From assembly GCA_963667665.2 (NCBI GenBank), contig OY763927.2:32001-96000 (forward strand): DNA of 64,000 bases. The letters run 5' to 3'. The DNA comes from Nitrosopumilus sp. (lineage in GTDB: Archaea; Thermoproteota; Nitrososphaeria; Nitrososphaerales; Nitrosopumilaceae). Position numbers and translations under genes: made by a program. Of this stretch, positions 17,270 to 27,419 are shown in pieces. The first letter of the stretch is position 1; every line of letters starts with the position of its first letter. Under the pieces are notes generated by a model. It was not told where the DNA came from. It worked only from the letters and a program-made list of their open reading frames with translations, and searched no databases.

Positions 17270-19363
17270 TTAAGCCTTTGCCTTTTGAAATTTGTCTAGG
17301 TCTGGTTTTGTTACTACGTTTTGATATTGCCTAATTCTCTCAGCAATTAGTCTATACAATGATCTGAATTGGTCTTTTGTTTTATCTGATAGGAAACTAG
17401 TCTCTTCTAGCGTGATTTTTTCACATATGTATCTGGTAATCTCTTCATTGTCAAATTCTCCCCAATCGTCTTCTCTATGCTCCAGCCAAATCTCTCTTAA
17501 TTTGCCTAGAATTCCTTTGCTTTCTTTAGAAGTAACATCCTTAGGTGTGAGATTTGAATATCCTTCCTGTCTTAATTTTATCTCATAAGTTTGATTTACT
17601 ACATGTAAATAATCTTCAAGAACAATATAGTCCTCAATTGACTCTAGCTTCTTCCCTTCTCTCTCAAAAAAGATAGTCTGAACTGATGAGAATTCATTTG
17701 AGACTAATTGGGCGGAAATTTGCTTGGATTCTTGTGTATTGTCTAATAAAATAAATGTCCTGTAACCATGATTTCTGTAAAATATTGCCAAAGGTAAAAC
17801 TGAATTTTTGTTGTATGCTGCAACAACATTAAGTGGATTCATTGAGATGTTTGGATCCTGTAAGAATTTGTCAAAAGCATTTAGATACATTGCATCAGAC
17901 ATTGTCTCTACGATTATTATCGGTCTAGAGTTTGTTCCTATCTCTCTATCCACAATAGATTCAACAAGACCTCTGGATAATCCATACAAAATTGGTGTTA
18001 ATGTTTTGTCATCAGCATTCCAATAATCATAAAAGATTCTACTGAGATGCTTTATTTTATCTAACTCTACAACAAGAAGATTACCTGGAGTATAGTCAAA
18101 GATCATAAATGGTGAATGTGTTGCATACAAAACTTGGTTAGAACCTGCTAAATTTTTTAGTAAATCAGAAATTCCCATTTGTTGTGTGGGGTGAAGGTTT
18201 CTTGCAGGTTCATCTAAAAGTAATATTGCTTCTCTTAACTCTGATCTTTGTGTTTCAGCTGCAAAGTTTACAATAAAAGAAAATGTCCACTTGAAACCCT
18301 CTGCTCTCCTGTTTAACAATCCTGTGTTTGTAATTGTTCCATCTTTATGAACATCTGAAATTACAACACTCATGATGTTTCCTGGGTTATACCTCAAGTC
18401 TACATGGATAGGATCTCCTTTCCATGTTGGATTTAATTTACGAGTCAGTCTGTTACCTGCAGCATTAAGTAGTTTGATACATTTTGAGGGGCTCTCTTTT
18501 ACTTCATCTAATTCTTTCATATCTAATTCAGCTAGATAGAAGAGATTTCTTACTGTCTCTGCCTTGTCGAATTCTTCAACATATTCAACTGAATCTACTC
18601 TTTCTCCTGTTTCTTCTCTAAGAAACTCGTTGAGATTGATATTACCATAGATTTTTTTATAATCTGAAAAATAAACAAATCTTGGATGTAATTCAGATGC
18701 AATAAAATTCTGTAAGGCTGATTTTTCGCTTTCACCACTTAGAAGATTTGAAAATTGGTTTTCTGGTTTTTCATAGATTTTTTCCCATTCTTCAATCACT
18801 CTAGATTCTTGATTGGCTATTACATGAAATTGATTACTAAATTCTGCCATTCCACTATCAAATGCTTCTTGGTTCTTAGGAACTGCTTCATCAAAGAACT
18901 TTGTATCGACTTGTATTCTAATGTGATTTGGAATTGTATCTAAAAATTCAAGAATCTGTTTTGAGAAATTTTCCCATGAATTGAGTTCTTCATCTTCATC
19001 TTCACCAAGTTCAATTTCTTCAAATTCGTATTGAACATTTGGATTTCGATTTGTTTTAAATAATTTGATTTTTTTGATTTCCGGCAAAGCAGGAAATTTT
19101 TCTTTGATTAGACTAATTTCATTTTCGTTTAATTCAAATTCTCCTTCTGCTAATCTAATCTCATCTTTGAGCTCTTCATCCATTTCGTCACAAAGATCTA
19201 GTTCTGAAACTTTTTCATTCCTATTCAATAAGGTTAATGCTTGAAGTATCGTGGTTTTACCACTTTCATTTCTCCCTACAAAAGCCGCTAAATCACCAAC
19301 TGTGATTTCACCAGAATCATGAATGCATCTATACGCTCTAACTCTGAATTTCCTTAGTCGCAT
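17270..19363 (-). CDS. OLD-family ABC ATPase-TOPRIM protein
   Basis: GRNESGKT, LLDEP, ATHSP; C-terminal IIVETMSD, ILLDN, SIEDY. Confidence 0.82.
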   Translation of the reverse strand: MRLRKFRVRAYRCIHDSGEITVGDLAAFVGRNESGKTTILQALTLLNRNEKVSELDLCDEMDEELKDEIRLAEGEFELNENEISLIKEKFPALPEIKKIKLFKTNRNPNVQYEFEEIELGEDEDEELNSWENFSKQILEFLDTIPNHIRIQVDTKFFDEAVPKNQEAFDSGMAEFSNQFHVIANQESRVIEEWEKIYEKPENQFSNLLSGESEKSALQNFIASELHPRFVYFSDYKKIYGNINLNEFLREETGERVDSVEYVEEFDKAETVRNLFYLAELDMKELDEVKESPSKCIKLLNAAGNRLTRKLNPTWKGDPIHVDLRYNPGNIMSVVISDVHKDGTITNTGLLNRRAEGFKWTFSFIVNFAAETQRSELREAILLLDEPARNLHPTQQMGISDLLKNLAGSNQVLYATHSPFMIFDYTPGNLLVVELDKIKHLSRIFYDYWNADDKTLTPILYGLSRGLVESIVDREIGTNSRPIIIVETMSDAMYLNAFDKFLQDPNISMNPLNVVAAYNKNSVLPLAIFYRNHGYRTFILLDNTQESKQISAQLVSNEFSSVQTIFFEREGKKLESIEDYIVLEDYLHVVNQTYEIKLRQEGYSNLTPKDVTSKESKGILGKLREIWLEHREDDWGEFDNEEITRYICEKITLEETSFLSDKTKDQFRSLYRLIAERIRQYQNVVTKPDLDKFQKAKA

Positions 19364-19470
19364 CTAGCGATATTTGGTTGGCTACGATTTAACTCATTCG
19401 TCAAATTGATCTTATGTTTTCATTAATTTTTTCAAATAGATTATAAGGGAATCACAGATTTTAAAATAAA

Positions 19471-19935
19471 ATGATAACTAAGAAAATTCTTGTTGTATTT
19501 GTTTTACCTGCAATTTTTTCACTAATTTTTGGTTCTGCAGTAATGGCTGAAATTCTCCAGAAACCAGATAGAGAATTAAACATGTGGCCAGTTTCTTCCT
19601 CAGAAGGATTTTCTAATAATCCTGACCCTATTGAGATAATTGGTTTATCAAAACAATATTCCACTTCTGAACCTATAGAAATCCAAGTCAAAATTGGTGA
19701 TTCTTCTTTTGATTGTGGAGATCTTTATGTTACAATTTACTCTTCTGGAAAAAATAGTGTGATTACTCAAAGTGGATTCCTTGAACAATGCTTTGAGCAG
19801 GACAGTACAATTCTTCCTGTAGGAGACAAATTTTCTATAGTAATTGACACTACTGGTTCTTATGAGATAGTTGCAGAAATGGTCTCAAAAAAACTTATGA
19901 ATATCTCAACAAGTGAGGTATTTACTATTAATTAG
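19471..19935 (+). CDS. Secreted/membrane-anchored hypothetical protein
   Basis: N-terminal hydrophobic helix, beta-rich domain with two Cys. Confidence 0.65.
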   Translation: MITKKILVVFVLPAIFSLIFGSAVMAEILQKPDRELNMWPVSSSEGFSNNPDPIEIIGLSKQYSTSEPIEIQVKIGDSSFDCGDLYVTIYSSGKNSVITQSGFLEQCFEQDSTILPVGDKFSIVIDTTGSYEIVAEMVSKKLMNISTSEVFTIN

Positions 19936-19987
19936 GAATGAAATATTGCATGATAACTAAGAAAATGAATTTACAAAATGAGGTGAT

Positions 19988-21133
19988 TTGATGGCAAAGA
20001 AAAAAGATTCTTTAATTGATGAAGCAAAAAAAATTAAAGCAGAACTTGATGAATTGAAAAAGAAAAAGAAAATTCTAGATACACCCAAATTAAAGAAAGC
20101 TGAAGCAAAATCAGTAAAGAAAACAAAGAAAGCTGAAGCAAAACCAGTAAAGAAAACAAAGAAAGCTGAAGCAAAACCAGTAAAGAAAACAAAGAAAGCT
20201 GAAGCAAAACCAGCAAAGAAAACAAAGAAAGCTGAAGCAAAACCAGCAAAGAAAACAAAGAAAGCTGAAGCAAAACCAGCAAAGAAAACAAAGAAAGCTG
20301 AAGCAAAACCAGCAAAGAAAACAAAGAAAGCTGAAGCAAAACCAGCAAAGAAAACAAAGAAAGCTGAAGCAAAACCAGCAAAGAAAACAAAGAAAGCTGA
20401 AGCAAAACCAGCAAAGAAAACAAAGAAAGCTGAAGCAAAACCAGCAAAGAAAACAAAGAAAGCTGAAGCAAAACCAGCAAAGAAAACAAAGAAAGCTGAA
20501 GCAAAACCAGCAAAGAAAACAAAGAAAGCTGAAGCAAAACCAGCAAAGAAAACAAAGAAAGCTGAAGCAAAACCAGCAAAGAAAACAAAGAAAGCTGAAG
20601 CAAAACCAGCAAAGAAAACAAAGAAAGCTGAAGCAAAACCAGCAAAACCAAAAAAATTAACTAAAAAAGAATTAGAAGAAATTAAAAGAATAGAAGAATT
20701 AACTCTTGAAGAAGAATTAGAAGAACAACTTTCAGATAAAGAAATTGAAAACTTTCAGATTGAAAAAGTTGACATGGAAAGACTTACCAACAAAGTTTGT
20801 GATATTTTAGCGGAACGTGAATCAGATGGAATGTTTCAAAGTGAATTATGGAAAAAACTTAAACTTACAAATCAGGTTGGTTCTCGTCTAGCATTAAAAC
20901 TTGAACGAATGGGAACAATTACACGATCAAAACTTCTTGAAAAGGAACGTTGGACTTACAAATTAATTTTAAAGAAGACTCCAATCAGTACTCAATCAAT
21001 TGTAAATGCACCTTGTTTGGTTTGTCCTGTTGAACAGAAATGTTCCCTTGAAGGTGAAATTAGTCCAAGAACTTGTCAATTAATTGAAGACTGGGTAATT
21101 ATTGAAATGAAAAAACCGCTGAAGACCAAATGA
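19988..21133 (+). CDS. TFE-beta/Rpc34-like winged-helix + Fe-S protein with Lys-rich repeat N-terminus
   Basis: GMFQSELWKKL wHTH; PCLVC-x5-C-x10-C cluster motif. Confidence 0.72.
   Translation: MMAKKKDSLIDEAKKIKAELDELKKKKKILDTPKLKKAEAKSVKKTKKAEAKPVKKTKKAEAKPVKKTKKAEAKPAKKTKKAEAKPAKKTKKAEAKPAKKTKKAEAKPAKKTKKAEAKPAKKTKKAEAKPAKKTKKAEAKPAKKTKKAEAKPAKKTKKAEAKPAKKTKKAEAKPAKKTKKAEAKPAKKTKKAEAKPAKKTKKAEAKPAKKTKKAEAKPAKPKKLTKKELEEIKRIEELTLEEELEEQLSDKEIENFQIEKVDMERLTNKVCDILAERESDGMFQSELWKKLKLTNQVGSRLALKLERMGTITRSKLLEKERWTYKLILKKTPISTQSIVNAPCLVCPVEQKCSLEGEISPRTCQLIEDWVIIEMKKPLKTK
20093..20646 (+). repeat. 33-bp coding tandem repeat x16.8 (KKAEAKPAKKT)
   Basis: Unit AAGAAAGCTGAAGCAAAACCAGCAAAGAAAACA; only first three units vary. 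Confidence 0.97.
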
Positions 21134-21723
21134 AACTATTAGATGCTCGTAAAGATTACTATCGAAAATTAGCACATGAACAAGGTTTTCGAAGTAGATC
21201 TGCATACAAACTTAAAGATCTAAACAAATCATATCGTCTGATTGGTCCAGGATTTAATGTTCTTGATTTAGGATGTGCTCCTGGTGGTTGGAGTCAGATG
21301 GCTGTAAAATTAGCAGGAAATCAAGGTAAAGTTATGGGAATTGATTTAGACTATGTTGAAGAGATTCCAGGTGCTTATCTTATTAGAGAAAATATTGAAG
21401 ATGAACATGTAATTGATGAGATAATGTCTTATTTTGGTCGTAAAGTTAATGCTGTAATATGTGATCTTTCTCCTAAAGTTAGCGGAAATTGGTCAGTTGA
21501 TCATGCTAAGCAAATCTCTTTGAATTATGATTGTACTAAAATTATGGATAAAGTTCTAGCAAACAAAGGAAATGCTGTCTTTAAAATTTTTGATGGTGAA
21601 CATTCAATGGAATTCAGAGATTATGTAAAGAAAAAATTTGCTAGAATAAATCTAACAAAACCTAAAGCTAGTAGAAAACAAAGTAGTGAATTATACTGTG
21701 TTTGTCTAGGTTTTATTGGATAG
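21130..21723 (+). CDS. rlmE: 23S rRNA 2'-O-methyltransferase RlmE/FtsJ
   Basis: RSRSAYKL, LDLGCAPGGW, KPKASRKQSSELY. Confidence 0.95.
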   Translation: MKLLDARKDYYRKLAHEQGFRSRSAYKLKDLNKSYRLIGPGFNVLDLGCAPGGWSQMAVKLAGNQGKVMGIDLDYVEEIPGAYLIRENIEDEHVIDEIMSYFGRKVNAVICDLSPKVSGNWSVDHAKQISLNYDCTKIMDKVLANKGNAVFKIFDGEHSMEFRDYVKKKFARINLTKPKASRKQSSELYCVCLGFIG

Positions 21724-22861
21724 TCTGAAATATTTCTATTATTTCGGTTATTTTTGCGTCTGTTCTAAACCCTGTTGGACTAAATGATGTAACACTTGCT
21801 ACAAAGTTATTTTTCTGTAAATATGATATTGCATTTTCTAATTTTGGAGGAGATGATTTCATTTTTGATGCAATCTCATCTAATGTAAAATATGTTCCTG
21901 GCATTTCTGATTCTGCAAGACATTTGTGAAGAGTTTTTTCACAAACCTTGTCTACTTCTAAATTTTGAACTTCTAATAACATGTCTTGAATAAATTCTTT
22001 GTTGAAAATATTCCCTATCCATAAAGGTCCTGCAATACTGATTTTTAATTTACATAATTCACATTCTTGCTCTTGCTCTAATGTAATTTTTCTATGTCCA
22101 CAATTTTTACAATGTAGAATATATCCAATATTTTCTTGTTGATCTGGTCTGTTTAGAACTTTAACATATGTTCTATAGTAGTGCATGTCACTTTCTACAA
22201 ACAAAGGAATCACTTGAACTCCTAATCTTGCTGCTACCACTCTAAGACAACCAAGAACTAATCTAATTGCCATTTCATTTCCATATTCTGTTCTAACCGG
22301 AATTCCACCATACTTTCTCTTACATGCTCCTTGAAAGAGTCCGTTTAGAACTTGAAGATCTGTAGCAGCTGTAGATAAAATTCCACCATGCATAGTTGCT
22401 CTAATACCACAGTCAAAAAATGCTGCAGGGGAGCCAAACGGGTCTATATCGATAATTGAGCCTCTTTCTCCTTTTCTTGAGTAATTACTAAAAAACCTAC
22501 AAACCTCTTTTTCAGAAAATTCAATATTTTTTATATTGTTCAATTTGGCTGAATATTCAGCAATTTTTAGAGCAGTTGGATTTAGATCATTAATTACTAT
22601 ATTTTCAATTTTTAACTCATTTGCAACTCTTAATCCTCTTGCACCCGTTCCTGATAATCCTTCCAAGAAAATCTTTGGACCTTGAAAATTTTTTAGAAAT
22701 GCAGCATATGCTATAACTGAAAAATCTCTATTCAATTTTGCCTTTGGATTGAAAAACACTGGTTTTTTTGGTGGAACTTTTTCTGTAATTGATTTTTTTG
22801 GGACAAGCAGTTTTGTTTTACCCTCTATAATTTCTTGAAAAGATTCGTTTGGGATTTCCAA
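21713..22861 (-). CDS. trm1: tRNA (guanine-26 N2)-dimethyltransferase
   Basis: VFFNP...NRD, DIDPFGSP, TAATD, GPLWIG, GFRTDA. Confidence 0.94.
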   Translation of the reverse strand: MEIPNESFQEIIEGKTKLLVPKKSITEKVPPKKPVFFNPKAKLNRDFSVIAYAAFLKNFQGPKIFLEGLSGTGARGLRVANELKIENIVINDLNPTALKIAEYSAKLNNIKNIEFSEKEVCRFFSNYSRKGERGSIIDIDPFGSPAAFFDCGIRATMHGGILSTAATDLQVLNGLFQGACKRKYGGIPVRTEYGNEMAIRLVLGCLRVVAARLGVQVIPLFVESDMHYYRTYVKVLNRPDQQENIGYILHCKNCGHRKITLEQEQECELCKLKISIAGPLWIGNIFNKEFIQDMLLEVQNLEVDKVCEKTLHKCLAESEMPGTYFTLDEIASKMKSSPPKLENAISYLQKNNFVASVTSFSPTGFRTDAKITEIIEIFQTIQ

Positions 22862-22920
22862 TTATTTTCTGTTTATCTTGGTCTCTAACGGTTTAATACT
22901 TGTGTTTTAAGATAAAATTC

Positions 22921-23541
22921 GTGCAAATTTGTGGTATTGATGATGCTGGACGTGGCTCTATGTTGGGACCTTTAGTTATAGCAGGAGTTTCTTTGGATAA
23001 AAGAAAATTAAGAAAACTATCTTCGTTAGGTGTAAAAGATTCAAAAAAACTTTCACCCAAATTACGTGAACATCTTTACAAAAAAATTATTGAAATTGTT
23101 GATGATTACTACATTGCAAAAATTTCTCCAAGATCAATTGATGCTAATGTTAAGAAACATTGTCTAAACGGTTTGGAGGCAAAATATATGGCAAAAGTTG
23201 TTTCAAAACTAAATCCTGATACATCATATGTTGATTCATGTGATGTCAATCCAAGAAGATTTGGAAAAGAAATATCAAAACTATCTAACAATCATAAAAT
23301 TAAATCATATCATCATGCAGATAGCAGATTTGTGGTAGTTTCTGCTGCCTCCATTCTTGCAAAAGTAGCAAGAGACAGAACAATTGCAAAGTTAAGAAAA
23401 AATCATAATTTGGGAAGTGGCTATCCTTCAGATTCACTAAGTGTGAAATTTGTGACTAAATATTACAAAAAAAATCATACAATGCCCAGTTTTGTGCGTA
23501 AAAGTTGGAAGCCTATTCTGCGAATCTTAGATAATAACTAG
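22921..23541 (+). CDS. rnhB: Ribonuclease HII
   Basis: GIDDAGRG, VKDSKKL, VSAASILAKV, GSGYPSD; GTG start at 22921 preferred. Confidence 0.95.
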   Translation: MQICGIDDAGRGSMLGPLVIAGVSLDKRKLRKLSSLGVKDSKKLSPKLREHLYKKIIEIVDDYYIAKISPRSIDANVKKHCLNGLEAKYMAKVVSKLNPDTSYVDSCDVNPRRFGKEISKLSNNHKIKSYHHADSRFVVVSAASILAKVARDRTIAKLRKNHNLGSGYPSDSLSVKFVTKYYKKNHTMPSFVRKSWKPILRILDNN

Positions 23542-24212
23542 CCTCTATATTTTGAAATTACCATTGCATGATCTTTGTCATATGGATGTAAATTTATTGA
23601 CTGTAAAATATCAAAATTTGTTTTTAGTTTCTCTATTTCTTGTTCAATAATTTTTTTTGGAGATTTTGTAACATCTATACTTCTTGTCTTAATAACTAAA
23701 AAGAAATACCCTCCTTTTTTTAGAAACAAATGACAATTATCTATGGCAATTTTTGTTTGATCAGGTTGAGCAATATCTACATAGACGATATCCACTTTTC
23801 CAAATACAGAAAAGTATTCTTTAGGTTTTCTAGCATCTTTAAGAATTGGAATTATATTTGTTCTAAATGTTGCAACTCTATCTAAAAAATCTCTTGCAAC
23901 TCTACTTGCATGCTCAACACTAAACACTATTCCACTTGGACCAACTATATCTGAAACGTGACTTACAGTTGTTCCAGTTGATGCTCCAAGATAAAGAACC
24001 TTAGATTTATTTTCAAAAGGAAATTCTTCAAGTTCATTCATTATGGATGCTGCTAATTTACTTCTAAACGGATCCCATAATCTATACTCGACTCCTTGTT
24101 TGATAATTAATTTTTCTTTGTATACTTGATTACCTGGAACCAAATTTTCAGTAGCTAGTTTTTTTTCGCCTTCTGATTTAATCCAAAAAAATGATTGATT
24201 ACCTTCTTCCAA
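23538..24212 (-). CDS. flpA: Fibrillarin (C/D sRNP 2'-O-methyltransferase)
   Basis: YRLWDPFRSKLAA, LYLGASTGTTVSH, DIAQPDQ; likely TTG start at 24212. Confidence 0.93.
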   Translation of the reverse strand: MEEGNQSFFWIKSEGEKKLATENLVPGNQVYKEKLIIKQGVEYRLWDPFRSKLAASIMNELEEFPFENKSKVLYLGASTGTTVSHVSDIVGPSGIVFSVEHASRVARDFLDRVATFRTNIIPILKDARKPKEYFSVFGKVDIVYVDIAQPDQTKIAIDNCHLFLKKGGYFFLVIKTRSIDVTKSPKKIIEQEIEKLKTNFDILQSINLHPYDKDHAMVISKYRG

Positions 24213-25575
24213 ACTTATTTCTCTTTCTTGAATCTGATCTTCCTTTATACTTTCTATCGTTCCTTTCTCCATCATCTCTAGAACCTCTATCGTCTCTTCC
24301 ACCACCTCTATCGTCTCTTGAATATCTGGAACCTCTATCGTCTCTTCTTCTTCCACCACCTCTATCGTCTCTTCTTCTTCCACCACCTCTATCATCTCTT
24401 GAATATCTAGAACCTCTTTCTTCTCGTCTAAACGATTCAGGTTTTCTGATATCTTTTTCAGTTGGATTCTCATATTTTTTGCCTATTTCATCAACTCTGA
24501 TATTGAGTTTTTCAAGCAAAGTATGGTTTAATCCCTCTCCGTAAACATCAACTCTTGCAGCAATGACTGCCTTTGCAGCAACTGCACGTGCAATTTTTCC
24601 TCTTTGCCATCTTGGAGCCGAATGAACCATTGCATGTTGGAATAGCAATCCGTGTTTTGGTGGTTGAGAACCTGTCTTTAATGATCTAAACAATGCTTTT
24701 TCAGCTCCTAATACTTGTATTGTACTAGCAGGAAGAGATGCTAATCTTTTGAGACTTCCAGCTCTTCCTAAAATTCTTGCACCAACTGCACTACCAAGTA
24801 TTACTGAAAGATTTGGTGCAATTAATGTCATTTCAGATTCTACATGTTCTTCAAGTTTTTTACGTAAATCATGAAAGTCTAAAATTTGTTTTGCAATTGA
24901 TTGCACTATTGCCAAATTAACATCAGAGATATCACCACCTCTACTTTTTGAAGAAATTAAAGATAACATTTCTACTTTTGTTTCTGGAAAACCTGCCTCT
25001 TCAAAAACTTGTTTTGTTAATGATTCACGTTTTCCCGCCATTACAATTTGTGCATATCCATTGATGCTATCAATAATATTATCTATTTCTGGAAAATGTA
25101 ATCCATACCATTCTCTAAGTCTTGAACTTAATGCATTTGCTATCTTGTCAATTTCATCTAGTGAATTAATTGCTTGAATGATATGAAGATCTGGACTTTG
25201 TGATACTTCTGTAACTATTGAAGATGATAATCCTAGAGCAAATTCTCTAAGTTTTCCTAATGTGTCTTGAAGATTAGATGCAAAACCTGAATCAACAATT
25301 ATTTGTGGTTTTGTTTCTTGTACTATTTCTAACTCTGTAGAATCCATAATTTGACAATCAGTGGATGATTTTTTTAAAATCTCAAGTAATGATTGATCAC
25401 TTACAGAAACCACTCTTTGAATTGTAGCTAGATAATTTAAGAGCTCATTGAGTTTAGCCTCTTTATTTTTCACTGAAAGATACTCTTTTACAGAATTTGA
25501 GAAAGGAAATGCCTTTTCAAGTTTTTTGTCATTGAAAACTGAGATTCCCAATTCTGTTAAAATCACAGAATACAT
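24199..25575 (-). CDS. nop5: Nop5 (Nop56/58) C/D sRNP subunit with RG/RD-rich tail
   Basis: LREWYGLHFPE, PASTIQVLGAEKALF, PKHG. Confidence 0.96.
   Translation of the reverse strand: MYSVILTELGISVFNDKKLEKAFPFSNSVKEYLSVKNKEAKLNELLNYLATIQRVVSVSDQSLLEILKKSSTDCQIMDSTELEIVQETKPQIIVDSGFASNLQDTLGKLREFALGLSSSIVTEVSQSPDLHIIQAINSLDEIDKIANALSSRLREWYGLHFPEIDNIIDSINGYAQIVMAGKRESLTKQVFEEAGFPETKVEMLSLISSKSRGGDISDVNLAIVQSIAKQILDFHDLRKKLEEHVESEMTLIAPNLSVILGSAVGARILGRAGSLKRLASLPASTIQVLGAEKALFRSLKTGSQPPKHGLLFQHAMVHSAPRWQRGKIARAVAAKAVIAARVDVYGEGLNHTLLEKLNIRVDEIGKKYENPTEKDIRKPESFRREERGSRYSRDDRGGGRRRDDRGGGRRRDDRGSRYSRDDRGGGRDDRGSRDDGERNDRKYKGRSDSRKRNKFGRR
24271..24427 (-). repeat. Imperfect coding repeats (RRDDRGGG / RGSRYSRDDR)
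   Basis: CCTCTATC(G/A)TCTCTT recurs five times on the + strand. Confidence 0.85.
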
Positions 25576-25618
25576 GAATAGTTGAATCTAAATCACCTTT
25601 AAAAAAGGTACCAGAATT

Positions 25619-26572
25619 GTGAATCAACTGTTATATTCGAAACTAGGTCCATTAATCAAAGTGGAATCCCATCTTGCAACTTCAATAGGTAAAATTCAAT
25701 TAGATAGACCTGTAATGTTGGCATCAGGAATTCTGGGAATCTCATTAGATGTGTTTAATCGGTTATATCGCTCTGGAGCCGGAGCTGTGGTAACAAAATC
25801 TCTTAGCAAGGAACCTTGGGAAGGTTATCCAAATCCAACTATCTTTAGTGTAAAAGGTGAAGGCTGGATTAATGCTGTAGGCCTATCAAATCCTGGAGCA
25901 CCAAATTTTGCTAAAATAATTGAATCCAACAAAGATGTTCCAATAATAGTTAGTTTGGTGGGTTCAATTCCTGAAGACTTTGAAATGATGATTAAAGAAT
26001 TTGAAAATTGTAAAGTTACAGCATATGAACTAAATCTATCATGTCCTCATGTAGCTAAAGTTGGTTTAGAAGTAGGCGATGATCCAGAACTGGTAAAAAA
26101 AATTGTTACTACTGTCAAAAACTCTACTAATGTTCCAGTAATTGCCAAAGTTGGCTTGGGAACAACTCACTATTTGAATACTGTAAGTACAGCAATTGAT
26201 TCTGGAATTGATGCTATTACTGCAATCAATACTGTTAGAGCAATGGCAATAGATGTTGAAACAAAACGTCCAATTCTAAGCAATAAATTTGGTGGATTGT
26301 CTGGTACTCCAATTAAGCCAATTGCACTAAGATGTGTTTATGAAATTTCTTCAAAATATAATATTCCAATAATTGGATGTGGTGGTATATCTACATGGGA
26401 AGATGCAGTTGAATTTTTCTTAGCTGGAGCATCTGCAATACAAATTGGTAGTGCTATTGGTGATAATTGGATTAATGCCTTTAGTGATATCAATAACGGA
26501 ATAATTTCATACATGGAAAGAAATGGTTTTTCAAAAATAGAGGATATGGTAGGTATTGCAAAGAAATCATAA
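25619..26572 (+). CDS. pyrD: Dihydroorotate dehydrogenase catalytic subunit
   Basis: LASG, VTKS, NAVGLSNPG, ELNLSCPH, GGLSG; start may be 25661. Confidence 0.95.
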   Translation: MNQLLYSKLGPLIKVESHLATSIGKIQLDRPVMLASGILGISLDVFNRLYRSGAGAVVTKSLSKEPWEGYPNPTIFSVKGEGWINAVGLSNPGAPNFAKIIESNKDVPIIVSLVGSIPEDFEMMIKEFENCKVTAYELNLSCPHVAKVGLEVGDDPELVKKIVTTVKNSTNVPVIAKVGLGTTHYLNTVSTAIDSGIDAITAINTVRAMAIDVETKRPILSNKFGGLSGTPIKPIALRCVYEISSKYNIPIIGCGGISTWEDAVEFFLAGASAIQIGSAIGDNWINAFSDINNGIISYMERNGFSKIEDMVGIAKKS

Positions 26573-27368
26573 TCATCCAACAATTGTAACAATTGAAAAA
26601 ATAATTGATGAAACACCAACTGTTAGAACTTTAGTTTTTTCAGATGAAGTAATGTCAAATGTTCTTCCAGGACAATTTGCAATGGTTTGGATTCCTGGAG
26701 TAAATGAATTACCAATGAGTGTAATGATTTCAAAAGAATCTGGGAAGGCTGCATTTACTGTAAGAAAACATGGACCTGCTTCTACTGGTTTATTCAATGT
26801 TAAAGTTGGAGGAAAAATTGGAGTTCGAGGTCCATATGGAAACTCTTTTGATATCAAAGAAGGAAAACTTTTGCTAGTTGGCGGTGGAACTGGCCTTGTA
26901 CCTATGATGCGATTACTTACTTTTGTAAAATCTACAGATGATGTCACTGTTTTAATTGGTGCCAAATCAAAAGACGAAGTATTCTTTGAAGATTTAGCTA
27001 ACAGTCTTTTGAAAAATAATACTCATCAAGTAATTGTTTCCACAGATGATGGAAGTTATGGCGAAAAAGGTTTTGTAACTGATTTAGTAGAAAAACTTGT
27101 CAATGAAACCCACTTTGATGCTGTGTATGTCTGCGGTCCTGAGATTATGATGCATAAAACAGTCCAATCAGCTAATTCTAGGGACATATTTGTTCAAGCC
27201 AGCCTTGAGCGAATGATGAAATGTGGAGTTGGAATTTGTGGTAGTTGTTGTGTTGGTGAGGATCTTGTTTGTAGGGACGGAACAATATTTGATGGACAAC
27301 ATCTTTCCTCAAACAAGGAATTTGGATATTTTTACAGAAACAAGGCTGGAATTTTAGAAAATTACTAA
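26556..27368 (+). CDS. pyrK: Dihydroorotate dehydrogenase electron transfer subunit
   Basis: RGPYGN, GGGTG, CGP, MKCGVGICGSC...C. Confidence 0.95.
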   Translation: MQRNHNHPTIVTIEKIIDETPTVRTLVFSDEVMSNVLPGQFAMVWIPGVNELPMSVMISKESGKAAFTVRKHGPASTGLFNVKVGGKIGVRGPYGNSFDIKEGKLLLVGGGTGLVPMMRLLTFVKSTDDVTVLIGAKSKDEVFFEDLANSLLKNNTHQVIVSTDDGSYGEKGFVTDLVEKLVNETHFDAVYVCGPEIMMHKTVQSANSRDIFVQASLERMMKCGVGICGSCCVGEDLVCRDGTIFDGQHLSSNKEFGYFYRNKAGILENY

Positions 27369-27419
27369 GTTTAACCAGCAAGGTTTAAACTAAATCATAA
27401 AATTAATTTCGTGAAGGTA

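Noticed and set aside
20093-20646. Possible CRISPR array
   Set aside because: Head-to-tail repeats with no unique spacers, in frame within a gene, and no cas genes
20034-20651. 205-aa minus-strand Leu-rich ORF (LLVLLQLSLFS repeats)
   Set aside because: Antisense shadow of the 33-bp Lys-rich repeat; open only because the unit lacks stops
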